A DNA stretch of 64,000 bases from Fibrobacterales bacterium (lineage in GTDB: Bacteria > Fibrobacterota > Fibrobacteria > Fibrobacterales > JAOPTW01). The position numbers and the translations under genes were made by a program. The stretch is taken from contig JAOPTW010000014.1 in NCBI GenBank assembly GCA_051532035.1, positions 32,001 to 96,000 on the forward strand. Direction: 5' to 3'. Shown in pieces: positions 31,066 to 40,223 of the stretch (positions are counted from its first letter, which is position 1; each line of letters opens with the position of its first letter). The notes under the pieces were generated by a model. That model had not been told where the DNA came from. It made no database searches and was given only the letters and a program-made list of their open reading frames with translations.

Positions 31066-31527
31066 TTATACTTTTATTTCATTGAACCCTGTAAAATACT
31101 TCAATTGATTTGAAAGTTCATTTAAGAATGCATAATACTCACCTCGATCGAAAGTGAGCATAACTGGAGCAGCGAGCCTCAGCTCAAGAGTGTTATTTTT
31201 TTTGACTTGAACGCGTACCCGAGCCTTGTGAATCGAGTAGTAAAGTTTATCATTGGGTGCATATCGTACAAAACACCAATTGCCCTCTTTACCTCCATGT
31301 TCTTCAAAGCCATATACCAACAACATCTGATCGAGTGTATCTTTTGTATTATCAGCATTGAGTAGGTATTCAGGAAAAGGAATAACAGAACGATACTTTG
31401 GAAACCATGCCAAAGAAGGGCGACGATCAGGCATTTTTCTAAAGGGCAGTACATTATAGAGAACTGCGCTCAAAGCCCCCAGACCGAAAAGTCCGCCAAT
31501 TAATAGTTGATCAATAGAAAAATCCAC
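31066..31527 (-). CDS. Hypothetical protein with N-terminal TM anchor
   Basis: 153-aa ORF, hydrophobic N-terminus, 18 nt downstream of the MCP stop. Confidence 0.6.
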   Translation of the reverse strand: MDFSIDQLLIGGLFGLGALSAVLYNVLPFRKMPDRRPSLAWFPKYRSVIPFPEYLLNADNTKDTLDQMLLVYGFEEHGGKEGNWCFVRYAPNDKLYYSIHKARVRVQVKKNNTLELRLAAPVMLTFDRGEYYAFLNELSNQLKYFTGFNEIKV

Positions 31528-31545
31528 TGTGCACTCTACATGAAG

Positions 31546-33564
31546 TTAACTCTTACGAATATAGAATTGATCGAGCGCTTCAAACAGTGCTACCCTTTTA
31601 AATTCGAATTCTTCTAACGCATTAAATGCACTACTTACATCTTTAGTGTTGTAAGCATCAACAACCGTAACAATTGATGTATGGATATCGACATGATGCT
31701 GAAACAAATCTTTAAATTCTTTACTCTCTCGTACATCACCCTCAATGGCATCAATAAATTTGCCAAATTGACACTCATGCGGACCAGTTATTTCATCCAC
31801 CGTTAATGTCATTTTCCCTGCAAGGAGGTCCATTAACTTACCCGCCCATTTCATATGACCCGATTTAATACCATTAACATCTATCTCATCTTCACTGAGC
31901 GTATACACATTAAGGCTTTCATAAATTTTACCACTCAAAGATGCTATATAATCACTGTATGTTGCCAATACTTTGGTCATTTTATCAACCGAATCCATTG
32001 CCATCTTTGTGTCTGCTATTTCACTATTAGCATTCTGCACCTCTTTTGAAGAGTGCAGTAAATTTTCTGCAATTTCATTTGAGGCCAGCGTTGTTTGACT
32101 CACGCTTTCAGAAATCCCCGTAAGAACACGTTGCTGTTGCTCGATAGTTTCATATACTGATTGTGAGCTCTCACTTACCCCACCAATCATCTCTTTTACC
32201 TCGGTAAATGATGAGAGGGTACCAGAAATTTCGTCTTGCATCGAGGAGATCTGCAGCTGTATCTGCTCAGTCGCCTCCGCAGTCTGTTTTGCAAGCTCCT
32301 TTACTTCACTTGCCACCACTGAAAACCCTTTACCGGCCTCCCCAGCAGATGCCGCCTCAATAGTCGCATTCAGGGCAAGTAAATTGGTCTGATCTGCAAT
32401 ACTATTAATCACCGCTATAATTTTTCCAATCTCTTGTGATGCCGCACTCAAGCCCACCATTTTAGAATGCGATATATCAACCTTTTCTGTCGCACTTCTT
32501 GAAAGGTCCGACTCTTTGCGAGTAACCTCTTTAACTTCGGTAATCGAATTACTAAACTCACCTACAGCACTTGCAATACTATTTATAGAAGTCGATAACT
32601 CCTCCACACCTGCCGACACACTTGTTACTTTATCAGTAATTACGATATTACTATTCAACAGCCGATCCATTTGCTCAGCAACACTCAGAGTCTCATTTTT
32701 AAGCAGTTGGGCAATCCCCTGCAGCTCACCAGAACAGGCAATAACTGACGAGGAAGTAGCAAATGTATTACGGAGTACTGACCGGAAATTAAGAATCATA
32801 TTATTCAGCTGCCGACCCATTGTCTGTAATTCGTCCGTACCACTAAAAACTACTGTTTTTGAAAAGTCCCCTTCACTAACCTGTTTATTAAAATTGGATA
32901 CTCGCTCTACAGGTCTCGATATTGCTCTGAACATCAAAAAGGTGATAACAAATGACCCGAAAAGAACAAAGGATACTATTATCAGGGGTACTACTATTGC
33001 AGAGTTCTCAACCTCAAGCACATTTCCAAATTGTTCCTTAAGTAAGGCTTTCTGCATCTCCTCTACCACTTCTAATCGCTGTACTAAATTAGCGGCATAG
33101 GGGTCAAATTTTTCCATGTACACATTACCCGCATCAGTACCTTCACTAATATAGGTATGGGCCATTTTTTTACCCACCTCATAAAAGCCACCAAAGGCCG
33201 CTTCCAGTGAGTCCACAGCCATAAGAGCTGAAGGCTTATTCATCGTCAACAAAAGCTTTCGTGCACCCTTTACCTTTATCTTAAAATCTTTAGCATACGT
33301 TTCAGCCTCGTCAAATCCATCATCAAACCCAGGCTTCCCTCGAGTTGCAGAGATATCAGTGAGCCACTGTTGTACTTGAATAATATCCAATTTCACATCT
33401 ACTATTAAGGGATATAGCTCAAGACTTTCATGCTCTATTTTATGAGTAAAGTAATTTACCTTTTGCGCATAGTAGCGACCTATCACCATAGAGAAGAGTG
33501 TAGCCAGTAAAAAACTAGCCACTATAATTAACACTTTAAATTTCAGAGAAATATTATTTAACAT
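31546..33564 (-). CDS. Methyl-accepting chemotaxis protein with C-terminal CZB zinc-binding domain
   Basis: TM-helical sensor-[35 protein letters not shown] motif HMKW...HECQFGKF...HVDIH. Confidence 0.92.
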   Translation of the reverse strand: MLNNISLKFKVLIIVASFLLATLFSMVIGRYYAQKVNYFTHKIEHESLELYPLIVDVKLDIIQVQQWLTDISATRGKPGFDDGFDEAETYAKDFKIKVKGARKLLLTMNKPSALMAVDSLEAAFGGFYEVGKKMAHTYISEGTDAGNVYMEKFDPYAANLVQRLEVVEEMQKALLKEQFGNVLEVENSAIVVPLIIVSFVLFGSFVITFLMFRAISRPVERVSNFNKQVSEGDFSKTVVFSGTDELQTMGRQLNNMILNFRSVLRNTFATSSSVIACSGELQGIAQLLKNETLSVAEQMDRLLNSNIVITDKVTSVSAGVEELSTSINSIASAVGEFSNSITEVKEVTRKESDLSRSATEKVDISHSKMVGLSAASQEIGKIIAVINSIADQTNLLALNATIEAASAGEAGKGFSVVASEVKELAKQTAEATEQIQLQISSMQDEISGTLSSFTEVKEMIGGVSESSQSVYETIEQQQRVLTGISESVSQTTLASNEIAENLLHSSKEVQNANSEIADTKMAMDSVDKMTKVLATYSDYIASLSGKIYESLNVYTLSEDEIDVNGIKSGHMKWAGKLMDLLAGKMTLTVDEITGPHECQFGKFIDAIEGDVRESKEFKDLFQHHVDIHTSIVTVVDAYNTKDVSSAFNALEEFEFKRVALFEALDQFYIRKS

Positions 33565-33715
33565 TATTCACCCATTCATTCCTGTTTCACCCTTAATTAT
33601 ATCATCAATTATTCATATGAACCATTCATTTTTATCACAACTCTTACATCTTTACAAGTTCACACTCAATACCATACGCTCAAAAGTCAAAATATAGGTT
33701 CCAGGATTTCGTACA

Positions 33716-35587
33716 CTAGGCTTCAGACCAAATAGGCTCTGTAAATTGCGGGAGAGCAGCCACATATTCACCTCTTTCAATCCGCTTTTTTTCGCCATGT
33801 ATAACAATTTCGATATCATGTACCGCTTGATCCAGTAATCCCACCTGAGCATAGAGTTCCTCTGAAGCCGCCGCTGATTCCTCTGACGTTGATGAGTTTC
33901 CTTGAGCAACTATCTCTATTTCAGCGATATTCTTCCTAATTTCTTCTATGGTATTTACTTGAGATTCAGAACTTTTTGCAACAGTAACAAACCGCTCAGC
34001 AACCGACCGAGAACTGAGCTCTATCTCGTCTATTATCTCTGATGCTTGAGTTGATAGAGCCGCCCCTCTTTCAGCAAATCCTTTGGATTGATTAAGAAGT
34101 TCTGTCGTTTGCTTTACCGACTCAGCAGCTTTTTGCGCAAGACTGCGCACCTCTTCAGCAACTACAGCAAAACCCTTACCTGCCTCTCCAGCACGAGCCG
34201 CCTCTACCGCAGCATTCAGTGCTAATAAATTTGTCTGGAAAGCAATTTCATTTATGGTATTTACAATACCACCAGTCTTAACCGAGGAGTCATACATATC
34301 TTTAACAGCTTGAGTCAAGTCCTCAACTGCCTCTTTCCCCTCTTGAGTACGAAGGCCATTGTGTTTAATTATCCCTGTAACCTCCTGTACCTCTTTGGCC
34401 GACTCCTGTACATTGGCCGAAAGGTGATCAATACTTTGAGTAAACTCCTCAATATTTGCAGATTGTTCGACAACTCCCTGTGCTATATTTTGACTCGAGC
34501 TCGATATCTCTTCACTCATAGAAGTAACGCATCCAGATATCTCCCCAAGCCTAACCGAACTACTCAAAAGTTGAGACACAATAGAGCGACTCATAAACAA
34601 CGCAACTCCTATGGCTATAAAAGCAGCGACACCCATAGAAACAAACAAAGCATAGGTGAGACTTTCAAGCGAACCCGTAAAATCATCAAGATAACTCCCT
34701 GATACAATGATCCAATCAAGAGGCTCATAATAGGTATAGGCAACAACTTTTTCTTTACCATTCCACTCATAGAGCGTTACACCACTTTTTTTAGCACACA
34801 TTTCTTGAATAAATGGATACTTAATGAGACTCTCACCCTCTTTTGATGGATGCATAGCCAAGACACCCTTTGAGTCCATCACATACATATACCCTGTCTC
34901 CCCCACCTTTTGAGCCAGCACCTTCTCTCGAAAGCAATCTTTCACATATTGAAAGCCCTGCATATCTACTAGATCATCATAATAAGCACTCACCCCTATT
35001 ATCCATTGATGCTCAGGTACATGAATCAATGCAGCTACTTTTTCTCTCGCTCTTACTTCGCCACTATTTTTCCAGTTATAAGGCTTGAGCGCCACTTCAT
35101 TTGGCCCCAACCCCTTACCCAATGCAACCATCTCTTGTATAACAAAAGCCCCATCCGCATCCTTCACCTTACTGATATCTTTTCCATCGGCAGAGCGCCC
35201 TTTACTCACCACATACTTTCCATTATAGTCAATAGCGAACACATACCCAGAGCTCCCTACCACAATTGAAGCGAGCCTATCCTTTAATGCATCAGGGTTT
35301 TCTAATGTCTGATCAACTATTTGACTTACCAGAAGCGCTTGTTGCCGCACAATAAGCTGTGCCTGATTTTTAGACTCATTCATTTGGCCTGATACTCCCG
35401 TAAGGTCCTTATCAAGCATCTCAGAATAATACTCCACCTGACTAAGTAATTTATCCTCTACTTGCTCGAAAAGTGCCTCCTTAGAATTAAAGTAACTGAT
35501 AATTCCAAGGGCAAGCAGTGGCACCACCGCAAAGAGAACGGAAGAGATCATTAATTTATTTTTAAGTGAAAGACTAGATAAGTGCAT
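33716..35587 (-). CDS. Methyl-accepting chemotaxis protein with Cache sensor domains
   Basis: [10 protein letters not shown] and [11 protein letters not shown]...HP Cache motifs; [31 protein letters not shown]. Confidence 0.92.
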   Translation of the reverse strand: MHLSSLSLKNKLMISSVLFAVVPLLALGIISYFNSKEALFEQVEDKLLSQVEYYSEMLDKDLTGVSGQMNESKNQAQLIVRQQALLVSQIVDQTLENPDALKDRLASIVVGSSGYVFAIDYNGKYVVSKGRSADGKDISKVKDADGAFVIQEMVALGKGLGPNEVALKPYNWKNSGEVRAREKVAALIHVPEHQWIIGVSAYYDDLVDMQGFQYVKDCFREKVLAQKVGETGYMYVMDSKGVLAMHPSKEGESLIKYPFIQEMCAKKSGVTLYEWNGKEKVVAYTYYEPLDWIIVSGSYLDDFTGSLESLTYALFVSMGVAAFIAIGVALFMSRSIVSQLLSSSVRLGEISGCVTSMSEEISSSSQNIAQGVVEQSANIEEFTQSIDHLSANVQESAKEVQEVTGIIKHNGLRTQEGKEAVEDLTQAVKDMYDSSVKTGGIVNTINEIAFQTNLLALNAAVEAARAGEAGKGFAVVAEEVRSLAQKAAESVKQTTELLNQSKGFAERGAALSTQASEIIDEIELSSRSVAERFVTVAKSSESQVNTIEEIRKNIAEIEIVAQGNSSTSEESAAASEELYAQVGLLDQAVHDIEIVIHGEKKRIERGEYVAALPQFTEPIWSEA

Positions 35588-35758
35588 ATCGTCACCGTTA
35601 TTTGGGATTTAACCCATTGTAACATGCTTACTTTTTAATATGCCACATCTAAAAGATTGTTTTTACTTTTTTTAGTCAAGTTTCTAGACTATAGTATACA
35701 ATCTTGACGCTGTAAGATCAAAATTCACAATACTGATCAGCCAAAAAAGAGGGTCGCG

Positions 35759-36604
35759 CTATTTTTTAATAAAACGAACCAAGACACTTATCACAAACCA
35801 ACAGAACCCAACCAATACAATTGTTGCCCCCGTCGCCGTTTGAGCCCATGATTGAGCAGATATTAAGAGCCCCACAACTGCCGACGAGACACTAATGAGC
35901 AACGACCACCAATACATAACGCCCGCAGACCGAGAGAGGTTACGCGCCGCCGCAGCAGGCAGTATCAACATTCCGGTCACCAAAAGTACACCCACCCACC
36001 AAACAGCACATATAACCACCAATGAAAGGAGCACCGCATAACTATACTGATAGAACGAGACTGTCACTCGATGCGTCTCAGCTAGAACTGGATTAAGCCC
36101 TACATATATGAGCCGATTAAAGCCAAACACCTGATAGAGAACCACTACAATAGCAAGTATTGAAAGCAACATAATATCAGAGTGACTTATTGTGAGAATA
36201 TCCCCATACAAAAACCGAGTTATATCAGCACCAATTGAGCGATCCCTGCTTACAATTGCAAGACCAAAGGCAAGTACTCCCGAGAAGAGCACCCCAATAA
36301 TAGTATCCGATTCTAGCAAGCTTTTCCTTTGAAGTGCCACAATACTCACCCCCACCACAACACCAAAAAGCGGCATAGTCCAATAGGGGTTCAAGCCAAA
36401 AAGCAACCCCAAAGCTACGCCCGTAAAAGCGGTATGACTAATCGCATCTGCATAAAAGGCCATTCGAAAATTGACCACTTGGACTCCCATCATTGCAGTC
36501 AAAGGAGCAAGTATCAACACACCAAGAAGCGCAAGTTGCATAAACTGCATATCCATGCCTGCAATAGGAAGAGATGCTAAAACAGAACACATCCACTCAA
36601 TCAT
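35759..36604 (-). CDS. znuB: Zn/Mn ABC transporter permease
   Basis: RMAFYADAISHTAFTGVALG, FLYGDIL and multiple TM helices. Confidence 0.88.
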   Translation of the reverse strand: MIEWMCSVLASLPIAGMDMQFMQLALLGVLILAPLTAMMGVQVVNFRMAFYADAISHTAFTGVALGLLFGLNPYWTMPLFGVVVGVSIVALQRKSLLESDTIIGVLFSGVLAFGLAIVSRDRSIGADITRFLYGDILTISHSDIMLLSILAIVVVLYQVFGFNRLIYVGLNPVLAETHRVTVSFYQYSYAVLLSLVVICAVWWVGVLLVTGMLILPAAAARNLSRSAGVMYWWSLLISVSSAVVGLLISAQSWAQTATGATIVLVGFCWFVISVLVRFIKK

Positions 36605-37383
36605 ATTTCCTCCTTATGGTGTTGACAATCGTGACTATGCACCATACCATCTGAAGTAATAGCAGGACTTACCAATCCCATATGTGCACCAAAAATAGTA
36701 GTGAGCACCTCTTGAGTGAGCACTTCATGTGGCGCACCTTCCGCAGCCACCTCTTTATTTAAGCAGATTACATGAGTAGCATGATTACTTACAGTCCCCA
36801 AATCATGACTAACCATAAGTTGAGTATACCCCCGTTCTCTCCGCTGTGTTTCGAGTATTTCACAAAACAGAAGTTCGCCATGTGGATCTACCCCAGCTGC
36901 TGGCTCATCAAGAATTAACAACTGAGGTTCTTGCTGTAGGGCTAGAGCAAGCAACACTCGCTGGAGCTCCCCGCCTGACAATTCCCCAAGCCGCCTCTCC
37001 GCCAGATGCCCCGCCTTCACAGAATTCAGAAGATCCAAAGCATCACTGCGTACCGTTTTTTTAATCCCCAACCACAAAGGTCTTCGCTGCTGCCCCATGG
37101 CCAAACATTCAATCACTTGTAAAGGAATGCCTCTATCAAAGTGGAGTCGCTGCGGCACATAGCCAATTCTTGGCCTCTGCCCTGACCCACCATGAGAGTA
37201 TTCTATTAAGCCGTCGTAAGGCACCTCCCCCAAAATAGCTTTGAGGAGTGTGGTCTTACCGGCGCCATTAGGGCCAATTATAGCAGTCGACCCACCCACA
37301 GGTATAGTTGCCGAAACATTCTTAAGTATCGACACCCCATGAAGATTGATTGACACATTTTCAAGGCTCACAGCGATACTCAT
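36601..37383 (-). CDS. znuC: Zn/Mn ABC transporter ATP-binding protein
   Basis: GPNGAGKT, IGYVPQ, LSGGELQR, LDEP and a His/Cys-rich C-terminal tail. Confidence 0.9.
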   Translation of the reverse strand: MSIAVSLENVSINLHGVSILKNVSATIPVGGSTAIIGPNGAGKTTLLKAILGEVPYDGLIEYSHGGSGQRPRIGYVPQRLHFDRGIPLQVIECLAMGQQRRPLWLGIKKTVRSDALDLLNSVKAGHLAERRLGELSGGELQRVLLALALQQEPQLLILDEPAAGVDPHGELLFCEILETQRRERGYTQLMVSHDLGTVSNHATHVICLNKEVAAEGAPHEVLTQEVLTTIFGAHMGLVSPAITSDGMVHSHDCQHHKEEI

Positions 37384-38375
37384 TAATGAGCCTCTTCAGT
37401 TATAACAATGACTTCATTCAAGCGTTTCATATTTCGAGCATACCGTTTGTAATAACCGAGTACCTCATTTTGAGAAATAGTCTGGGGAGTCGATTCCCAC
37501 TGTATAGCAGGCACTGACACTTCACGAGAAAGGGTTTCTAATACCTCTGAGGGCATCTCCTTTTCAACAAAGAGTGCATTTACCGTCTGCCCCTTCAACT
37601 GATCAATCAACACTTTGAGTTCAGAAAGGGTTGGCCGCGCACCATCGTGTGCATGAAGCGTCCCCACAATAGTAATATTGAGATGTGGCAAAAGATATGC
37701 AAAAAGAGCATCTTGCGTGATAACACTAAAAGGCTTCGCACCACTCACCCTCTCAATTGTATTGAGAGCAACATGTCTTTGTTGGATACTATCGAGATTA
37801 GTCTGATAATTATTTGTATAGAGCGTGTCAATACGCATCAATGCTTTACCAATGCTCTGAGCACTATACAACCGCTCCATGGGTGAAAGCAAATAGTGTG
37901 CATTCGCTCTCTTAATTTCTCCCTCTTTATGGCCCAGATGATCATGGTGATCAGAATGAGATTCAGACAGCGCTTGGTCGATTCCTTCGTAATGCACCAA
38001 CGAATCAGGAATACCAGCACTCCCTTCAACAACATCGAGTTTAGGATATTGAGACAACACTTTATCAGTTATAAACATCTCCATGCCAAATCCATTGAGA
38101 ACCAACAGCTCACTCGTATTGAGAGTCATCATATTCTGAGGAGTAAGTACATAATTATGAGAGCACCCTTTATTTCCTGGAACAAGTAACTCCAAAGTAA
38201 TACCAGGTACGTCTTGTATTAATTCATTCACTAACTCATATACTGAATAGGTAGAAACTGTAATATGAAGTCGAGATTTTTTATTCGACTGAGCATCACT
38301 ACACTGTATCGTTGCCAGTGAGATTGACAGAATAAAAATTGAGAGTACTAATGTTCGAAAAACAACCACACACAA
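37383..38375 (-). CDS. znuA: Zn/Mn ABC transporter substrate-binding protein
   Basis: Signal peptide, GCSHNY, LNGFGME, His-rich loop HSDHHDHLGH and NAHY. Confidence 0.82.
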   Translation of the reverse strand: MCVVVFRTLVLSIFILSISLATIQCSDAQSNKKSRLHITVSTYSVYELVNELIQDVPGITLELLVPGNKGCSHNYVLTPQNMMTLNTSELLVLNGFGMEMFITDKVLSQYPKLDVVEGSAGIPDSLVHYEGIDQALSESHSDHHDHLGHKEGEIKRANAHYLLSPMERLYSAQSIGKALMRIDTLYTNNYQTNLDSIQQRHVALNTIERVSGAKPFSVITQDALFAYLLPHLNITIVGTLHAHDGARPTLSELKVLIDQLKGQTVNALFVEKEMPSEVLETLSREVSVPAIQWESTPQTISQNEVLGYYKRYARNMKRLNEVIVITEEAH

Positions 38376-38487
38376 CTCCTCATATAAAACTTATGCAATT
38401 GTAACTAGTTTTATAGATGATGGCAATATATTGCGAATGAGATAGAGCTCCTTCCAAAGAAAGTTACAAGGAGAAAACGACAACGAG

Positions 38488-38515
38488 CTAATAGGCGCCC
38501 TAAGGCACCCATTAG
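38488..38515 (-). terminator. Hairpin downstream of the H1-like/CBM48 gene (possible terminator)
   Basis: Minus strand CTAATGGGTGCC-TTAG-GGCGCCTATTAG pairs with two G-U; weak U tract. Confidence 0.5.
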
Positions 38516-38522
38516 ACGCTTT

Positions 38523-39140
38523 TTATTTTACAATTACAAGGTTGTTTAACCCTTGTTCAGATGATATTGCTGGTGCCGCAGGGTCGATTTCCCATGAAAC
38601 ACCTTCGAATACATATTTATACTGATGTTCACCCATCGGAAGTGAAACTTTTGTTGCCCACACACCGCTTTTAATTTTTTTCATTTTGAGCATTTCCCAA
38701 CCATTAAACGAACCCGCAAGATAGACATCTTTTGAATCAGGAGAATAGATCTCAAACGGAGTTGATTTAGTAGCGGTACTTGAAGATACTGGTTTTTTCG
38801 TCACGACTTTTCTAGTAACACTTTTTTTAGTCGCTACTTTTTTGACCGTAGTCTTGACTATTTTTTTCTCAGCAGCTTTTACTGTTTTTGTTACAGCTTT
38901 TTTGACGACCTTCTTTGCTGCTTTTGGAGCAACTTTCTTTACCGTTTTTTTAACAACTTTCTTAGTTACTTTCGGAACAACTTTTTTCACAACTTTTTTT
39001 ATTGCTTTTTTTATTGCTTTTTTTGTTGCTTTTTTTGTTGCTTTTTTTGTTGCCTTTGGGGCGGCTTTCTTTACTACTTTTTTTACAGCTTTTTTCACAA
39101 CTTTTTTTGTTGCTTTTTTGGCAGCTTTCTTAGTGGCCAT
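38523..39140 (-). CDS. Histone H1-like Lys-rich repeat protein fused to C-terminal CBM48/AMPK-type glycogen-binding domain
   Basis: Residues 1-117 are xxKK repeats (49 Lys, 1 acidic residue). C-terminus VYLAGSFNGW..LKM....GVW...L..G.HQYKYV....W..DP. GGAG SD upstream. Confidence 0.88.
   Translation of the reverse strand: MATKKAAKKATKKVVKKAVKKVVKKAAPKATKKATKKATKKAIKKAIKKVVKKVVPKVTKKVVKKTVKKVAPKAAKKVVKKAVTKTVKAAEKKIVKTTVKKVATKKSVTRKVVTKKPVSSSTATKSTPFEIYSPDSKDVYLAGSFNGWEMLKMKKIKSGVWATKVSLPMGEHQYKYVFEGVSWEIDPAAPAISSEQGLNNLVIVK
38994..39053 (-). repeat. In-frame 12-bp tandem repeat x5 (GCAAYAAAAAAA; encodes ATKK/AIKK)
   Basis: Three GCAACAAAAAAA units followed by two GCAATAAAAAAA units. Confidence 0.9.
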
Positions 39141-39300
39141 TATATTCTCCTGGATAGAACTGAATATTACAAATGTACAGTAAGAAGTATATCAAAGTTT
39201 CCTAAAATAGCCAACCTTTAAAAAGCAGCCTTATAAATATATTTTCTTTTTAATCAAAGCCTACACTAGGTAAATTGTATATTATACACCTATTAAAAAA

Positions 39301-40092
39301 TCAGTTATCGAGGTTTTTCAATCGGAGTAACTGGAGCTGGCTTGATTCATGATAATATATTAACGCATTCATTACAGTCATGCTCATCTCATTTAGATCA
39401 ATGGGGTCCAGTACCATATCGCGAACCAACCCTTCATCGACTAAATCAAACACCATCAACTTGTCTTCTTCTTTCGCAGTAACCAATGAAACGATATGAG
39501 GGTATCGCTCAAGCACCTCTGACAAAAATTGTCGAATCGCATCCTTGTTATTAGAAAGATCAGTGATCATCACCCCATAGAAAGCATTTTCTAAGAGTTC
39601 TATAGCCTCATCAAAAGTAGATACTACAAAGATATTCTCTTTTTTATCATCAAAAATATTTTGAAGTTCACCATAAGAAAAATCTTCACCCACAAAAAGA
39701 ACATCAGACTGCTGTACATCTTCTCGATCACTCAACAAATCTTCCACTCGTTTCAGGATCAACTCTTTATTATAGGGTTTTTCAAGAAAGTCTCGCGCCC
39801 CCAGTCGCAAGCTATCAATTGCCATTTTAATTTCTGAGGTTGAAGAGAGCACCAACACCGGAATATCTTTATCGCGATTATTCAGGTTTCTAAGAAACTC
39901 AATGCCATCCATTTCGGGCATAATAAGATCGAGCAATATAATGTCAATAGAGTGTTCAGTTTCTAAAATTTCAAGAGCTTCTCTTCCATTGGCAGCCTCG
40001 AACACATGCTCAAAATCTTTTAATACTGTCGACCTCAATAATGTGCGATTTTGCGCAACATCTTCGACAATGAGAATGCGTGATTCTTCCAT
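39301..40092 (-). CDS. Response regulator with one canonical and one degenerate receiver domain, no DNA-binding domain
   Basis: ILIVED...LLDLIMPEMDG...FLEKP, then VLFVGED...MITDL...LVTA...MVLDP. Confidence 0.85.
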   Translation of the reverse strand: MEESRILIVEDVAQNRTLLRSTVLKDFEHVFEAANGREALEILETEHSIDIILLDLIMPEMDGIEFLRNLNNRDKDIPVLVLSSTSEIKMAIDSLRLGARDFLEKPYNKELILKRVEDLLSDREDVQQSDVLFVGEDFSYGELQNIFDDKKENIFVVSTFDEAIELLENAFYGVMITDLSNNKDAIRQFLSEVLERYPHIVSLVTAKEEDKLMVFDLVDEGLVRDMVLDPIDLNEMSMTVMNALIYYHESSQLQLLRLKNLDN

Positions 40093-40223
40093 TGGGTAAC
40101 CTCATATATACCTTATTATACTACCACACATTACGTTAAGAGTCAATATGGAGAATAGGATATATCTAAAAGCCAATATACCTTTCATTCTAAACGAGCA
40201 TGAGTGAGGATACACAAACCCTA

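Noticed and set aside
33716..33740. CheR/CheB-tethering pentapeptide at the MCP C-terminus (IWSEA)
   Set aside because: It lacks the terminal aromatic residue of the xWxxF-type motif.
35586..35611. sigma28-like TAAA-N14-GACGATAT before the Cache MCP
   Set aside because: Spacing is off by one and the -10 box overlaps the start codon.
38994..39053. Repeat array as CRISPR
   Set aside because: The 12-bp units are contiguous and coding, with no spacers and no cas genes.
38842..39183. 113-aa Phe/Thr/Ala-rich plus-strand ORF resembling a membrane protein
   Set aside because: It is the antisense reading of the Lys (AAA) repeats of the H1-like gene.
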